Positions 16,943-29,600 of a DNA stretch of 48,514 bases are shown in pieces. Made by a program: the position numbers and the translations under genes. Within the stretch, counting starts at the first letter, position 1; every line of letters starts with the position of its first letter. Below the pieces are notes generated by a model, which was given only the letters and a program-made list of their open reading frames with translations, did not search any database and was not told the DNA's origin. Source of the stretch: an uncultured Eubacteriales bacterium (lineage in GTDB: Bacteria; Bacillota; Clostridia; Oscillospirales; CAG-382); NCBI GenBank assembly GCA_900546385.1, contig URCT01000002.1, positions 1-48,514 on the forward strand. The letters are read 5' to 3'.

Positions 16943-19900
16943 TTACTTGTTAAGCTCAAACAAACGCTTGAGCACTGTCGCCGCCTCTGCTCGGGTGGCG
17001 TTTTCCTGCGGATCGAGCGTCGAAGCGGTGCGTCCTGCAAGAATGCCCGTTCCGGCTGTCCAAGCAAGCGGCTCGATCGCATATTCCGAAATCTCGGCAA
17101 AATCCTCGTAGGAAAGAATGTTCGTATCCTCGCCGACCGTCACGTCGTAGCCCTTGAAGGAGGCGTAACGGTAGAGAATGGCCGCGATCTGCTCGCGCGT
17201 GATATTGGTTTCCGGCTCAAACAGCGTTTCGCTCACGCCGTAGACAATGCCGTTTTCCGCCGCCCATGCGACCGCCGCGGCATAATACGTATCGGCGGCA
17301 ACGTCTTCAAAGCCGCTCGGCTTTGTCATCTCGGGCGAACCTTCGGCGCGGTACAGCACCGTCACGAGCATAGCACGTGTCAAATTGTCGTCCGGCGCAA
17401 ACAGCGTCGGCGTCACGCCCTTGAAGAGTCCCTTTTCGTACACGTATTTGACGTAATCGTAGAACCAATCGCTCTTATGCACATCGATAAACGGCAAGCC
17501 GTCGTCAGCCGCGCCTTTTTCCTTAAAGACCACCACGATTTCGGTATCGCTTGTCACCGAAGCGACCGTCGTTACCTCGTCGCTGCCGACTGACACGCCG
17601 TCAACAAGCACATTCGACACCGCATAGCCCTTATCCGGCACAGCCGTCACCGTGACGCTGGTGCCTTTCGGGATGCGCGTCGCCGAAAGCATGGCAGTTC
17701 CCTTGCCCTCGGTGCGCAGCGTGATGTTCACATAGGTCGTACCTCTGCCGCCCGAGCCGCCCGAAGTGGTATCGTTGCGCTTAAAGGCGGCAATGGCTGT
17801 ATCGAGCGCTTTGACCGCCGCCGTATAGCCGTCTTCATCGGTCGTATCGTCGGCAAGCACAGCTTTGGCATCGTCGATGGCCTTTTTCAAGGCGTTTTTC
17901 TTGCTTTGAGAAGCTTTCGGCGTGGAATCAAGCACAGCCTGCGCTTCTTCGATCTTTTCGGCAAGGTCGTTCTTGGTGTTTTTCTCCACCGTCACGAGTA
18001 CATAATCCGTCAGCCCGGAAGCACGCGCCGTGCTGCCCGTTTCTTCGTCAAACAGAGCCGTACCCGAAGCAAGCTTGACCTTAACAGCCGCTTCGCCGGG
18101 CGCAAGACCTTTGACCGTGCCGCCGTCAAGCGAAAGCAGGTTTTTGCCGTAGAGCAAGCTCCATTCCAATTGTTCGAAGCCGTCGAGCGGCACCTGCACG
18201 CCCTCGGCTGTGATGCCGACCGCCGTAAACGCGCTTTGCTTGCCAGCAGCAAGGGTGATCGCCTTATCGCCGTCGCTGTTTTTCGCGATGGCGGCATTGT
18301 TTTGGAGAATTTCGACGCGCTCGAACGAATAAGCACCGTCTCGTAGCACCGTCACGGTGAGCGAAGAGGTGTTTTCCGATTTATCGGTCGCCGTAAAGAT
18401 AAGTTCTTTGGCCGTTTCGATATCGGCAAGCTTTCCTTTGTAGGTGAAGCTGCCGCCGACGTCGCGCGTAAGGCCGTCAGCCGAACCGTTCACGGTCAGC
18501 GTCGCGTGCGGCTCGGTCAAGCCCTCTACCGCAAAGCTTCCGTCTTTGGCCGCAAACACAAGGCTTGTGCCAAAGAGTGCGGACGCGCCGTTTTCCATAC
18601 TTTCGGAAGAACGCATGGCAAGCGAAAGCGTCGGTGCGGAGGTATCAACCGTAAAGGCAATCTGCGCTTCGGGCAGATACAATGCAGCGGCACTGTCGGT
18701 GGTGGTATCCTTTTGCGGGGTATACGCCTTGAAGCCAATGACGTAATCGCCGTCTTCAAGGTCTTCCAAATGGAATTTCCAATGACTGCGGAACCATTTG
18801 CCTTCGGAAACGGCGCTGTCGCCGTCAGTCTTTTCGGGCGAGGTGTAGACCTTCTGGCCGCGAAGCGACAACTCGGCAAACACCGGCGTGTCGAAGGTAT
18901 ATTCGATGATGACATCGTCGGTATCGATATATTCGCGGGTCGGATCGATGTTGGTCTTGACCTCCGTCAGCTTCGGGATTTTCGTTTCCCACATGGTAAA
19001 GGAAGCCGAAGAAACGGACGCATCGCCGTAGAAGTAGGCGCGCTTGGCATCCTCTGCGCTTCCGGCGGACGCTTGGGTATATTCCTCGCGGAGCGTTTTC
19101 ACCTTGACGGTATAGGTCTTTCCGGGAACCAAACCGGCGTTTTGGCCGACAAGGAAGTTGGAACCGGCCTCGTATTGGCCAAAGGTCTCGGAAAGCTCAT
19201 TGCCGTCGGCATCCGCCACAACGGCCAAATAATGTGTGTAATCGACCGTGTCGGCATCCGTCACCTGCACAAGCACCGTGCCGTTGCCTCCATAGGTTGC
19301 TTTCACGGCTTTTACGGGGTGCGGAAGGTTGGGATTCTTAAAGGTGATCGCTTTGGCGACAGCCTTGCTGACGCCCTCGGTCGAGGACATGAGCAAGACG
19401 GCACGGTATGTTCCGCTGGGGAACGAATCAGGCAATGTAAAGGTGCTTGTGCCGGAAGCGCGCTTGACGTCGTCTACGTGCAGAACGTTCGTGCCGAGTG
19501 CACCGTCCGCAAGCGTTTCTTTCTTCAGGTTGGCAAGAATCACGGCTTCATCCGTTTCCTCGGTGAGGTAAACGTCGATGGTGCACGTGCCGTCGCCGTC
19601 GGAGGTCGTCGTCCAATCGGCGGTAAAATCGAAGCTGTCGGGTGCGTCATGCGCAAGCTCCGCGCTTTCGAGCTCCGGAATGTCGTCAACGCCGCTCATG
19701 GTGAAGCTGTCAAACTGCACGCCTTCTGCTGTGCTGCTTACCGTCCAAGAGCCGTTTTGGATCAAGGTGCGGTTGGTGACGGTGAAATAGATGTATTTTT
19801 TGCCGTCGCGTATCTGCGTCAAGAAGTTGCCGCCCTCATCGTCGGCACCAACCGGTGCTTGGCCGCGGATTTCGACGCCCTTCGGATTGGTGACGGTGAT

Positions 19901-22900
19901 TTCTTCGGCTTTCGGTTCGCCCGAGCCGGTATAGGGAATTTCGAGAAGCAGTGCGTCCTGTCCGGCGGCGTTCTTCACATCGATGACCGCGCTTGAAACA
20001 GCGTCGTCAAAGAGGGCTGTACCACCTTCGACGGCCGTCGCGTCGAGCGTATGGATGTTTGTGCCGTAATAGCCGATCACAGCGTCGCTGTCGAGGGACG
20101 CGAGGCTGAAGGTGTCCTCATCCTCATCGTCGCGCTTGGGTGCGGAAAGGTCGATGTTCTTGCCGAACGAAACGCTTTCGCCCCAATAATAGATCACGCC
20201 GAAGCGGATACCGATGATTTTGATGTTGGCGCCGATAAACTTGTTCGATACCGCCGCCTCCACACCGGCAAGCTCCTTGCCGCCGACAATCGGAATGCTG
20301 TCGGGAATGAAGATACCGGCATAGATGTAGCCGTAGAAGTAGTTGTCGGCAATGGTCACGGTGATGCCGCCTTGGATAAGGCCGTCCACAATGCTGACCT
20401 TACCGTACAGATTGAGTTCCCACGGTTCGATCCAATGTGCCGAAATGCCGGCTTTGAGGTCAAGCATTCCCTTGGCGAATTTGAGCTTCATATCGCCCGT
20501 CAGCGACAGACCCTCCAAGCTGATTTTGGCATTGAAATCGCCGACGAGCGTTTCGATGGCTTCCAAACGCGCAAATAATAGCAGCGTAATCGGCGGAAGC
20601 CGGTCGAATTCGCCGCCGATGGTGTCGGCAAGCCCGTTGATGCCGCCGCCGAGACCCGTCATATACAATACAGGCGGTGCCAACGGAATTTTCAAGCCGT
20701 CGCGGATATAGAATTCGATTTTATCGGGAAGAATGCGTTCCTTTTCCTTGACGGTCACTTCCTTAAAGGCAAGAATGCCTTCGCATTCGATGACCTTGAT
20801 GTTTAGTCCGGCGTGGATCTCGTATTCCTTATCAATGGTGTTGATGGAGACGCTGGCATAAATGCCGGGCGCGTTGGACACAAGCGAACCAAGCAAGTCT
20901 TTCGGAAGCGCAAGCTCCACCGTCGTGTTGATGCCGATAAAGCCGGTGTCCTCAACCGTCACGTTGTCGTCAGCCAGCTTTTCGCCAAAGCGGACATCTT
21001 CGATCTCCACCGACAGACTGCCTTCGGAGAGGTTGGTGTCCTTTTTTAGCTTTTCGCCGGTCGAAGTGGTTGTGGTGGGCGTGGTATTGGTGCCGGAGGC
21101 CGGATCTCTATTCGCCGTGCCGCCGACCTCGCCGGTACCGAACAGATTGTTCATGCTTTCGGAATAATCGTCGTCATCCAAGCTCTCGGCAAAGAGGTTA
21201 TTGAGTTCTTCGGAAAGATCCTCTTGGTCGGCCGTAAGATCCTGCGCGGGCTGTTCGTTGTTTTTGGGCGATTTGATCGGCAGGCTCATTTTGCCGCCGA
21301 AGCCGATGCCGTAGTTGACCATGCCGATGGGCGAATCCTCGTTGAAGGACGCGCTCATCACGCCGTATTTCATGTCAATAAGGAAGCCGCCGATCGACTG
21401 AATCATGGACGCCGCGCCGTCAAGCGAAAGCGTTAAGTCGGTGCCCTTCACGCCCGTGCCGAGCCGTTCGGCATCCAACGTGTACTTAAAGCCCTTGCGC
21501 ACGGTGAAGCTCCATTTGCTTCGCCATACGTTGACCGAGTTGACGACCTTCAAGAGGCCGTCGCCCTTGACTTTATAGCTGTCCTTGCCTAAGAGACTGT
21601 CCTTTTCCATAAACACTTCGAGCGGCTTTTCGCCCTCATAGGAAAGGATATTGTTGATAATGATGTCGCCGTCGGCCTTTTTGGCTAACCAATATTTGGC
21701 TTTTGTGCCGTCCTCACGCGTCATCTGCTTGAAGTTGCCGCGCAAGGTAAGTAAAATCTCGTTTTTCTGAACCGCGTCCTCTGTGCCGAAATTGAATTTG
21801 AGGTCATTTCCGCGGTATTCGCCCTTTTTCGACAGTTCGCCTTTATAGAAGGAAAGGTATTCACCCTCATCGGCAAAGGTGAAAAAATCGTAATCGTCGT
21901 CGGTGCGGACAAGTGCGAGAAGTCCATAGGACATCTGCTTATACTTTTCGTCAGCCGATACCTCTAAGGTGACCGCCGCCGTGAAGGTGTTGCCGAACAC
22001 CGCCTTTAACTGCGTATCGGTAAAGCGGAATTCAAGCTTGTATACGCCTACCTCCAACGTTTCGTCGGTCGAAAAGCTCATGTTTTTGTATTCGGCATCG
22101 AGGAAAGCGATGTTTTTCTTATCGATCTTCACCTCATGGTCGCTTGTGGTATGCACCAAATACAGATCCCACAGCTCCGAACCGGCAAGTGCCGCAAACG
22201 GCTTCATCGAGCCGGTAACCGTAACGGTTCTGCCGCCGGAGGTGTACACGGTTTTGGGGTTGACAGCCGCCATGGAAAGCTCGGAAAGCTTGCCTGCCGT
22301 CGAAGGCAGAAGAATGCTGCGTTCTGCCGCCGTTTCGACCGTCTTTTGACTGCCGTCCGCCTTGTTGGCCGTGGCGATGAGCGAAACATAGATCGTTCCG
22401 GCCGTCAGATCGGCCTGGGGCTTGGCGCGCAGCTTGAACAGCTTGGTCACGACCTCGTCGCCGATTTCGGCAATCATGGTGATCTTATCGCCGTCGGCAA
22501 GCTCGAACTGATCGTCGTCAAACGAAAGATTTAACTGCGCGGTCGTTAATTTTTCAGCGCCGTCGACCGTGTTGTCAATCTCCACCGACACGGTGAAAAG
22601 GCCGCCGTCTGCATAGCTTTTTCCGTCCGCGGCAAGCTGCACCCGTTCGGAGGTGATGTTTAAGCCGATATTGCCTTCGTTCTGCGAGAAGTTGCCGACG
22701 CCGTACAGCACCTCCGCGCCGAAAGAGCCGCCCTCGGCTATCAAACCAGGCTCCCAATAGAGAGCCGCCGCGCTGTCGGGCGTTTTGTGCTTGTTGGAAT
22801 AGTTGGTAAAATCGCAGAATTCGTCCGGCGTGTATTCATAGCGCGTATTCGCAAGGTTTGCCCAATGTCCCAAAATCACCTTGGAGGGCGTTTTTCCGCC

Positions 22901-23599
22901 GTTCCATTCCTGCATGAGAAGATAGGCAAGTCGCTTGGGCGAAGAGAGCGAATCGACACAACGGATCTGCGTGGGAACGTTTTCGCCGTTAAACGCGGAT
23001 TCCGTGAGCGTCGGGCGGATCGATTCATCGAGCACAAAGTACGGCGCGTCGATATCGTTGCCGAGCGAGGTGTCGAGTAGTAACCGAACGCCGACCTCCC
23101 GTGCCTTGCCGCTGGCATTGACCACGTCAAAGCTGATGCCGGCATTGCCGAGCGTGTTGGCGGAGGAGGTGGTATCCGTGCCGAGCGCGACCTTTAGCGT
23201 CACGGTCACGCCGTCAATCGTCCACGGCACGGTGAGCAAGCGTCCTTCGTCGGACACAACGGGCGTGCCGAGCGAGGATTCGATTTTGAAGAAGGATTTG
23301 TAATCTTGGCCGAACACATAATCCTTGCCGTCGATGCGCACGGTGATGAACGAGGTGCCGCCGGAGCGGTCGGCATCCTCTTTATAGAGCAGCGGCAGAT
23401 TGTTGTCGAGCGCCTTTTTGGGGTTGCCCTCGACGGTCTCCACCGAGAAACCGCCGGTGGCGGCATTGAAGCTATACGTCAGGTAGCCGTTGGTGATGCT
23501 GTAGACCGATTCTTCTTCGGCAAATACAAGCGGCGGAAGCGCCGACAAAAGCATGAGCAGCGAGAGAAGAAGCGCGATGAATTTTCGAAACGTTTTCAT
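16943..23599 (-). CDS. Giant secreted SLH-anchored surface protein (2218 aa), function unknown
   Basis: Start moved to ATG 23599 (AAGGAGGA upstream; signal peptide MKTFRKFIALLLSLLMLLSALPPLVFA). Long unassigned N-terminal region, an acidic/Thr-rich linker and a hydrophobic beta-rich core. Then a Big_2-like segment (AITLAAGKQSAFTAVGITAEG...GTVKGLAPGEAAVKVKL), a helical segment and an InlB-B-like domain. Three C-terminal SLH repeats (FIDVHKSDWFYDYVKYVYEKGLFKG..., FEDVAADTYYAAAVAWAAENGIVYG..., DFAEISEYAIEPLAWTAGTGILAG...). Confidence 0.85.
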   Translation of the reverse strand: MKTFRKFIALLLSLLMLLSALPPLVFAEEESVYSITNGYLTYSFNAATGGFSVETVEGNPKKALDNNLPLLYKEDADRSGGTSFITVRIDGKDYVFGQDYKSFFKIESSLGTPVVSDEGRLLTVPWTIDGVTVTLKVALGTDTTSSANTLGNAGISFDVVNASGKAREVGVRLLLDTSLGNDIDAPYFVLDESIRPTLTESAFNGENVPTQIRCVDSLSSPKRLAYLLMQEWNGGKTPSKVILGHWANLANTRYEYTPDEFCDFTNYSNKHKTPDSAAALYWEPGLIAEGGSFGAEVLYGVGNFSQNEGNIGLNITSERVQLAADGKSYADGGLFTVSVEIDNTVDGAEKLTTAQLNLSFDDDQFELADGDKITMIAEIGDEVVTKLFKLRAKPQADLTAGTIYVSLIATANKADGSQKTVETAAERSILLPSTAGKLSELSMAAVNPKTVYTSGGRTVTVTGSMKPFAALAGSELWDLYLVHTTSDHEVKIDKKNIAFLDAEYKNMSFSTDETLEVGVYKLEFRFTDTQLKAVFGNTFTAAVTLEVSADEKYKQMSYGLLALVRTDDDYDFFTFADEGEYLSFYKGELSKKGEYRGNDLKFNFGTEDAVQKNEILLTLRGNFKQMTREDGTKAKYWLAKKADGDIIINNILSYEGEKPLEVFMEKDSLLGKDSYKVKGDGLLKVVNSVNVWRSKWSFTVRKGFKYTLDAERLGTGVKGTDLTLSLDGAASMIQSIGGFLIDMKYGVMSASFNEDSPIGMVNYGIGFGGKMSLPIKSPKNNEQPAQDLTADQEDLSEELNNLFAESLDDDDYSESMNNLFGTGEVGGTANRDPASGTNTTPTTTTSTGEKLKKDTNLSEGSLSVEIEDVRFGEKLADDNVTVEDTGFIGINTTVELALPKDLLGSLVSNAPGIYASVSINTIDKEYEIHAGLNIKVIECEGILAFKEVTVKEKERILPDKIEFYIRDGLKIPLAPPVLYMTGLGGGINGLADTIGGEFDRLPPITLLLFARLEAIETLVGDFNAKISLEGLSLTGDMKLKFAKGMLDLKAGISAHWIEPWELNLYGKVSIVDGLIQGGITVTIADNYFYGYIYAGIFIPDSIPIVGGKELAGVEAAVSNKFIGANIKIIGIRFGVIYYWGESVSFGKNIDLSAPKRDDEDEDTFSLASLDSDAVIGYYGTNIHTLDATAVEGGTALFDDAVSSAVIDVKNAAGQDALLLEIPYTGSGEPKAEEITVTNPKGVEIRGQAPVGADDEGGNFLTQIRDGKKYIYFTVTNRTLIQNGSWTVSSTAEGVQFDSFTMSGVDDIPELESAELAHDAPDSFDFTADWTTTSDGDGTCTIDVYLTEETDEAVILANLKKETLADGALGTNVLHVDDVKRASGTSTFTLPDSFPSGTYRAVLLMSSTEGVSKAVAKAITFKNPNLPHPVKAVKATYGGNGTVLVQVTDADTVDYTHYLAVVADADGNELSETFGQYEAGSNFLVGQNAGLVPGKTYTVKVKTLREEYTQASAGSAEDAKRAYFYGDASVSSASFTMWETKIPKLTEVKTNIDPTREYIDTDDVIIEYTFDTPVFAELSLRGQKVYTSPEKTDGDSAVSEGKWFRSHWKFHLEDLEDGDYVIGFKAYTPQKDTTTDSAAALYLPEAQIAFTVDTSAPTLSLAMRSSESMENGASALFGTSLVFAAKDGSFAVEGLTEPHATLTVNGSADGLTRDVGGSFTYKGKLADIETAKELIFTATDKSENTSSLTVTVLRDGAYSFERVEILQNNAAIAKNSDGDKAITLAAGKQSAFTAVGITAEGVQVPLDGFEQLEWSLLYGKNLLSLDGGTVKGLAPGEAAVKVKLASGTALFDEETGSTARASGLTDYVLVTVEKNTKNDLAEKIEEAQAVLDSTPKASQSKKNALKKAIDDAKAVLADDTTDEDGYTAAVKALDTAIAAFKRNDTTSGGSGGRGTTYVNITLRTEGKGTAMLSATRIPKGTSVTVTAVPDKGYAVSNVLVDGVSVGSDEVTTVASVTSDTEIVVVFKEKGAADDGLPFIDVHKSDWFYDYVKYVYEKGLFKGVTPTLFAPDDNLTRAMLVTVLYRAEGSPEMTKPSGFEDVAADTYYAAAVAWAAENGIVYGVSETLFEPETNITREQIAAILYRYASFKGYDVTVGEDTNILSYEDFAEISEYAIEPLAWTAGTGILAGRTASTLDPQENATRAEAATVLKRLFELNK

Positions 23600-23619
23600 G
23601 ATGTTTTCCTCCTTGCGGC

Positions 23620-26600
23620 TCAATGATTGACGTAGATTTGGAGCGTGATGTAATCGCGCTTATCGGTTTGAATGAACACCGTGTACCAGCCGCTTGCAAG
23701 GCCGCTCACGTCATAGGTGCCGGCTTCGGACTGTGCTAACATGATGCCGGATTTTTTCATTTCGCCCATGGTCTTTAACCCCGCGGCATACCGGACATAC
23801 GAAACACCGGCAAAGTTGGCAAGCGTAACGGAAACGGTATCGCCCTGCACCTCGGCGCGTCCGCTTGCATCCGGCAGACGGCCGTTCACGAGAGCCACTG
23901 TGTCGTACATACCGACAAGGCGGATTGTCCGCACGGCCTCGGTGACGTTGTGCGCACGGTCGGAAACGCGGTAGGTGACCGTGTAGGCAATGCTTCTGTC
24001 AAAGGTGTTCGCCGCAAAATCCGTCGTGTTTAACCGCGGATCGATGATGACCTCCACTTCGTCCGAAAGGTCGGTCTTGCCGCGGAATAAATCATACGCG
24101 GAGAAGGCCGTGCCGGGCTTGGTAAGAAGCTCGATGTTAAACGGTTCGCCGACATCGGCATTTTCATAGAACACCAATTCATCGGAGGCAAGACGCAACA
24201 CCGGCGGCGTTTTATCGATCAGCTCGACATCGATGGCATACGAATCGGTCAAGCGGTTGTTCTTTTCACGGTCAAAAATATACATACCGTTATCGTCAAA
24301 CACCTTTTCGGCGTCGGTCGTATAGTCTTCCTCGTTCGAACCGAGCGTGCGTGTGGGTTCGTCCGTCACGACCGTCACGGTCACATCGCCGTTGGTAACC
24401 GGCATTTTGTCGGCTTCGGTTTTTCCGGCCGTGCTGAGAATGTAGCCGGATTCCGTTCCGGAGGTATCAACGCCGATCTCGATGGTTCCGGCTTCGGTTT
24501 TGGTCTGCCAAGTGCCGTTTTCGAGAATATCGTAATCGTAGCTCCAGGAGAACGACTTGATAACCGGTGCTTTGGAATCGATTTCGGAGATTTCCACCGT
24601 TACGTAGGCGTATGCTCCCTCGTTGTCATATACCTTGAAGGTATAGGTGCCGTTGTCGCGGAAGGTGAAGGCGGCTTCGTCGACCACCTTACCGTTTTTA
24701 TCGAGTGTCTGAATGCGCTTGGCGATACCGCCGTACATCACGGTAAGCTCCCAAAGCTCGCGTTCGGTATCGACGGGAACGCCTGCCGCGTTTAACGCTT
24801 TGTCAAAGCCGACCGTCACTTCGGATTTTTCGTCGTTGACCCCAAGCTTCTTTACCGTGACCGACGGAGCGACGCGGTAAATGCTCTTGACGGTGACCAA
24901 AACCGGATCGCCCTCGTTGCCGTATTCATCGGCATAGTAGACCGTAACCGTGCCGTTTTCGGTGAAGCGGAGCGTGGAAGAACCGTAGTTGACGGTGATG
25001 GAAGAAAGCTTGGTGCTGTCGTCGGGATCGATGGCGGTAATGCGCGTGTTCGCCTTGTCAAAGGTGAGTGTGGCAATCACGTTTTCGCGGCTCTTTTTGG
25101 ATTGATCGACGCTGTAGGAAACGGTTGCCTTGGGTTTAACGGTATTGATGTTGGAGACCGTGAAGCTCTTTTCGGTCTTGTTGCCGGCTTTGTCCAGTAA
25201 CCATAACCGATAGGTGCCGGAAACAGGCACTTCGCCGGTATAAACATCGTCGGCCTCGTCATAGGTTAACGGAATCTCTTTGCCATCCTTGCCGTAAAGC
25301 GCTACGCGCGCGACACCGCTTTGCGCGTCGGTTGCCGTTACGGTAATGCCGACCGGCTTTGCGGTTTTGGAGGTGTGCGCCAGCGTATAGGAAAGCGTGC
25401 CCGGGAAAATATCGAAATGCGAAAGGCTGACATCCACCGAAGCCGTATCGCCGAACGCGTCCCGCAGTTCAAACGTAAAGGCCGGGTCGTCGGTTTCCAG
25501 CTTGCGTTCAAAGCTGCCGCCGTTGTTGGTCACCGCAAGACCGCGGTTTTCGCCGGAAGCACTCGGCACAAGAATCGCATACGCTTCGGCATACCAGATA
25601 GCGGCACTTTCGGCAGCAGCCGGATCGAATTTGACGCGTTTTCCGTTTTCGTCCACGTATTCATATGAAAGCGTATAATCGTCTTCGCCGATGGCCGGAA
25701 GTTTGCGGATGTTGTACACGCCGATGCCTTCGGGATAGCCGCCCGGGATCGCCGGCACATAACCGCGCTCACCGAGCATATTTTCCGGTTCAACGCTGAA
25801 GCAGATAGCGTTGTCCTTAAACTCAAACACAAGCGTTTTTGTTCCCTTGATGTCCTCATCGCCGTAAACGCGTAAGGTGACAATGACGTTGCCGTCCGCG
25901 TCGGTATAGCTCTTTTCGAACGGCGTTTCGGAATAATCGATGCCGTTGCCGTCCTTGTCGATAAACGGCACGACCGTTTCTTCGTCCGGCTTTAACGGGT
26001 CGCCCCATTCGAAATCATACGGGCCAGGCATATAGCCTTCGTCGTCCGGATCATTCGGATCGGGTTCACGAATGAGGGCATTGCCCGTGATAACCTTAAG
26101 AAATTCGCGTAAATACAAGGCTTTTAAGCCGGTTTCGGGATCGCAAACCGTAAAGGTCGCGGTAATGCCCGTGCGCACCAAGATGGGATTGTCGGTCATG
26201 GTAGCGATTTCCGGCGAAACCGAAACAACCGTGCTTTCGGGCTGCGTGTTGTCGATATGCGTGGCGACGGCAATCGTTTCCTCCCAGGTGTCACGCTCCG
26301 CACCGGCCGTAAAGCTGTACAGATCGATGATTCGTTCGGTATCGCTCGGCGTTTCCCAGGTTTCGGAATCGTACAGCATACCAACGCTGTAAACAAGCAG
26401 CGTATAGCCCTCGGTATCGTCGCCTTCGCTTAGCTCCGTATCGAGGGAAAGCGCATTGTTGCGGTTGTTTTCCGTATCCATGGGTACGATGCGCTCGCCC
26501 GTGCCCGGCACATATGCAACCTTGGAGTTTCCGTTGGCAGCGATATAGACGTCGTCCGCCACGGGCGAATCGGTCGAGAAGGTAACGTCGTCCGTATAGC

Positions 26601-29600
26601 GGTAGACCTTGATGTTGTCAAGCTTGCCGAAGGTCACATCCTCCACGGTAATATCCGATTTGGTGCCGCGGCCAAGCTCGTCAACCATATACAGCGTATA
26701 GGTGCCGTTCTGCGTGATGATGAAGGAGAAGGTGTCGGAAAAACTCGTGGCAAGCAGCTTTGCCGCGTCGTAATTATCCTCCTCGTTTTCGGTGACGCTG
26801 TCGAGCGGCAGCACCTTGACGGGAACGTTGAATTTCACCTTGACCTTGGCGCGTGCGCCGGTCGTTTTGGGAGCTGCTTCAAAGCTTTCGGCGAAAGCTT
26901 CTGCATCGCGCACCGTAAAGGCGTCGCTTACATATTCGGTCACATTGCCGACCGTGTCCGCCGTGCGCACGGCAAGCACATAGTCGCCGGTCGCACCGGC
27001 AACCTTGATTTGATAGGTCGTGTCGGTTTCGCCGTCAAACGCGGAAGCGTCTGCGCTGAAGATTTCGCTTTTGGCAATCGTCGGATCAAGAGAGAGCGTC
27101 TCCTCGCCGAAAACCGTTTTGGCCTCGCTTCGCGGAACAACGGCAAACGACGTGTTTTCATCGGTCGCGCCGCAAACACTCACATACAAAAGCACATCTG
27201 TCCGTTCGCCGACCGCGACGCTTTGCGCCGTGCTTGAAACCGTCGGTCCCTCTTTGTCGATACCGCCGACCGTGACGGGAACAGTCACGGTGTTTCCGGC
27301 TGCGTCCGAAAGAACAAGCTCAAACGTGCCGCTTTGCGTAAAGGTCACGTTTATCGCGCCGCTTTCGTCGGTCTCGTCGGACGGCAATACCGATTTGTCT
27401 TCGCAGGACACCGAAACGCCGGCCTCTAAGTTGTCATATGCATAAAGCTTTGCCGTTAACGTGTCGGCGGTATGCTCGTCGCGGAACACCAACCGATACG
27501 TCGGCGCGCTTTCATCGTAAAAAATCGTAAATTCGCTTGTGACGATGCGGCTGTTATAGCTGTCGTCCGGCACTTTGCCGTAAGCCGAAATGACGCTTTG
27601 CACATAGAGCTTGTTTTCGCCCTCCACCAGTGCCGAAACAGGCGTGTCGAGCGTGAAAGCACCGCTGTAAACGCTCTTGTCGGCCTGATAATCGACTCTG
27701 CCCAGATTCTGCCATTCGGAGAAGGCTTCCATATCGTCCGAGGTGCGGATGTAGAAATACTGATACACGCCTTCGTCGCCGTTTGCAAAGTCTTCGGTCA
27801 CGTTCAGATTTAAGGTATACTTGCGCTCACCGGTAAGCGGAGCGCCGTTATAGGCTGCCGGTGTGCCGGTGATCTCGCCGGTCACGGCAGGCTTTGCGCT
27901 GCGAATGAAGAACTCCGGCGCGTTTTCCGTGTCAAGCAGCGCCTCGTTGCCGTAAATATCGGTTGCCGCAACGGCAAGCGAATACCGGCCGCTTGGCAGT
28001 CCCGTAAACGTGACGGTCTGCGACGCGCTCGAACCGGCAAAATCGAGGCTGTATTCACCGCCGACTGCCGTATTGCCGTCGGGCGTGACAACATATGCCT
28101 TGGCGGAAGCAATACCGGCCGCGTCGGAAGCGGAAATTTTGATGGTCGCGGTTTCGTCGAACAGACCGCCCGAAACAAGCGTTGCGCCGATTTCGGGAGC
28201 GGCGTTGTCAAACACGAAGGTTTCGTGCGACTCTCTTGTCGTGCCGCTCGGCGTTGTGACGCGGTAGTTCAAATAGTATTCGCCGTTTAAGAGGACGGTG
28301 TTGCCGTCGGCATCGAGCTGCTCTGCCGCGCCGATCGGGTCGCCCGGAGTCCACGTGCGGTATTCGGAGCGGAGGCCACGGCCGATCCATTTCCAGCTTA
28401 CGGTATTTTCGGCGTTGGTTTCAAACGAAATGGTGTAGGACGGGCGCGGAATCGACGTGCTTTCGGGATATACCACCTTACAGTCGGTGTCCTCGTTGTC
28501 CATTTGAATCGAAAGATAGTTCACATCGGTTTTATGTCCGAACGCATCGATGCCGAAATAATACATCCGGCCGGCATACGATTCGCCTGCGCCGATTTTG
28601 AGCAAGGCCGACGCGCCTTTTTCGGCCGTTTCTTGGTCGATAAACGCCCATTTGCCAAACGTCGTTTCGAGTTCGCCGGATTCCTGCTCGAGTGCGGCGT
28701 CCGGGTTAAAGGCCGGTTCGTCCAGCACGCCGTTCGGCGTGAAGCAATAGTAGAATTTTCCCGTGCCGGAGGCATCGCTCACGGAAACCTTATAGGTGTT
28801 GGCAAGCGACTTATCCGCCGCACGCTTGGTTCCGCGCACTTCGGTGACCGAAACAACCGGCGGCTTGTTGTCAAGACGCACATCTTCGATATAGGTTTCT
28901 AACTTGTTGCCGGCAATATCCGTTGCGGAAAGCTTCATCGTGTACGAGCCTTCCGCCGTGCGATTGAGCCACAGCTTGCGCGTGGTCGCAAAGTTTTCGC
29001 CGGACGGGAGAAACAGCGACGTGCCGGTGCAGGTGCCGTTACTCAAGAAAAATTCGTTTCTGCCGTCGGCAGGATTGACAAGGAACAGCTCATAAGTACC
29101 GTCGCTGTAAATGGTTTTGGTGAGCTTGGAGGAAACGGCCTTGATCTCAAGCGTATCTCTCCACACACCGGACAGTGCCTTTCCGTCCGTGGCAGTGACC
29201 GTTACCGACGGTTCGACGGTATCGACCTTAATGCCCGAAAGGAACGACGCATACTGCATTTTCTCCGCCGCAGAGTCCCACAGACGGTAGGTGACCGACG
29301 AGTCCTTTGGCACAAGCGTTGCGCCCTCAATGCGCACGCGCAGATTGTCGCCTGCGGAGGTCATGCCCTTTTGGAGAGGGAAATTCAAAGACACCTTCGA
29401 GCCGTCTAAGGTAATATCTTTCGCGCCCAGCTCAATGGTCTTGCCGGTGTTGCCGAGGTCAAGAATCGCGTTGTCGTAATGGAAACGCGCACCGTTTAAG
29501 CTGTCGGAGGAAATATGCCCATAGTTGCCGTCGGTTTTGATATAGATTTCCACCGGAACGGAGGAATCCGACGCATTATAGTAATAATTGTCACGGGAGG

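Noticed and set aside
16778-17593. 271-aa plus-strand ORF spanning the intergenic region and the SLH-coding end of the giant gene
   Set aside because: It is antisense to well-supported SLH repeats and has no SD. Its start lies opposite the small minus-strand ORF, which has much better translation signals.
18506-19996. 496-aa ORF on the plus strand inside the giant SLH-protein gene
   Set aside because: It is antisense to a gene with clear protein-like sequence. Its own translation is Arg/Gly/Ala-rich low complexity, with no SD and no recognisable motif. This is the usual mirror-frame ORF of GC-rich coding DNA. The same reasoning rejects 20051..20578, 21969..22534, 22787..23303, 23306..23626, 25321..25678, 27472..27813, 28504..28902 and 29515..30150.
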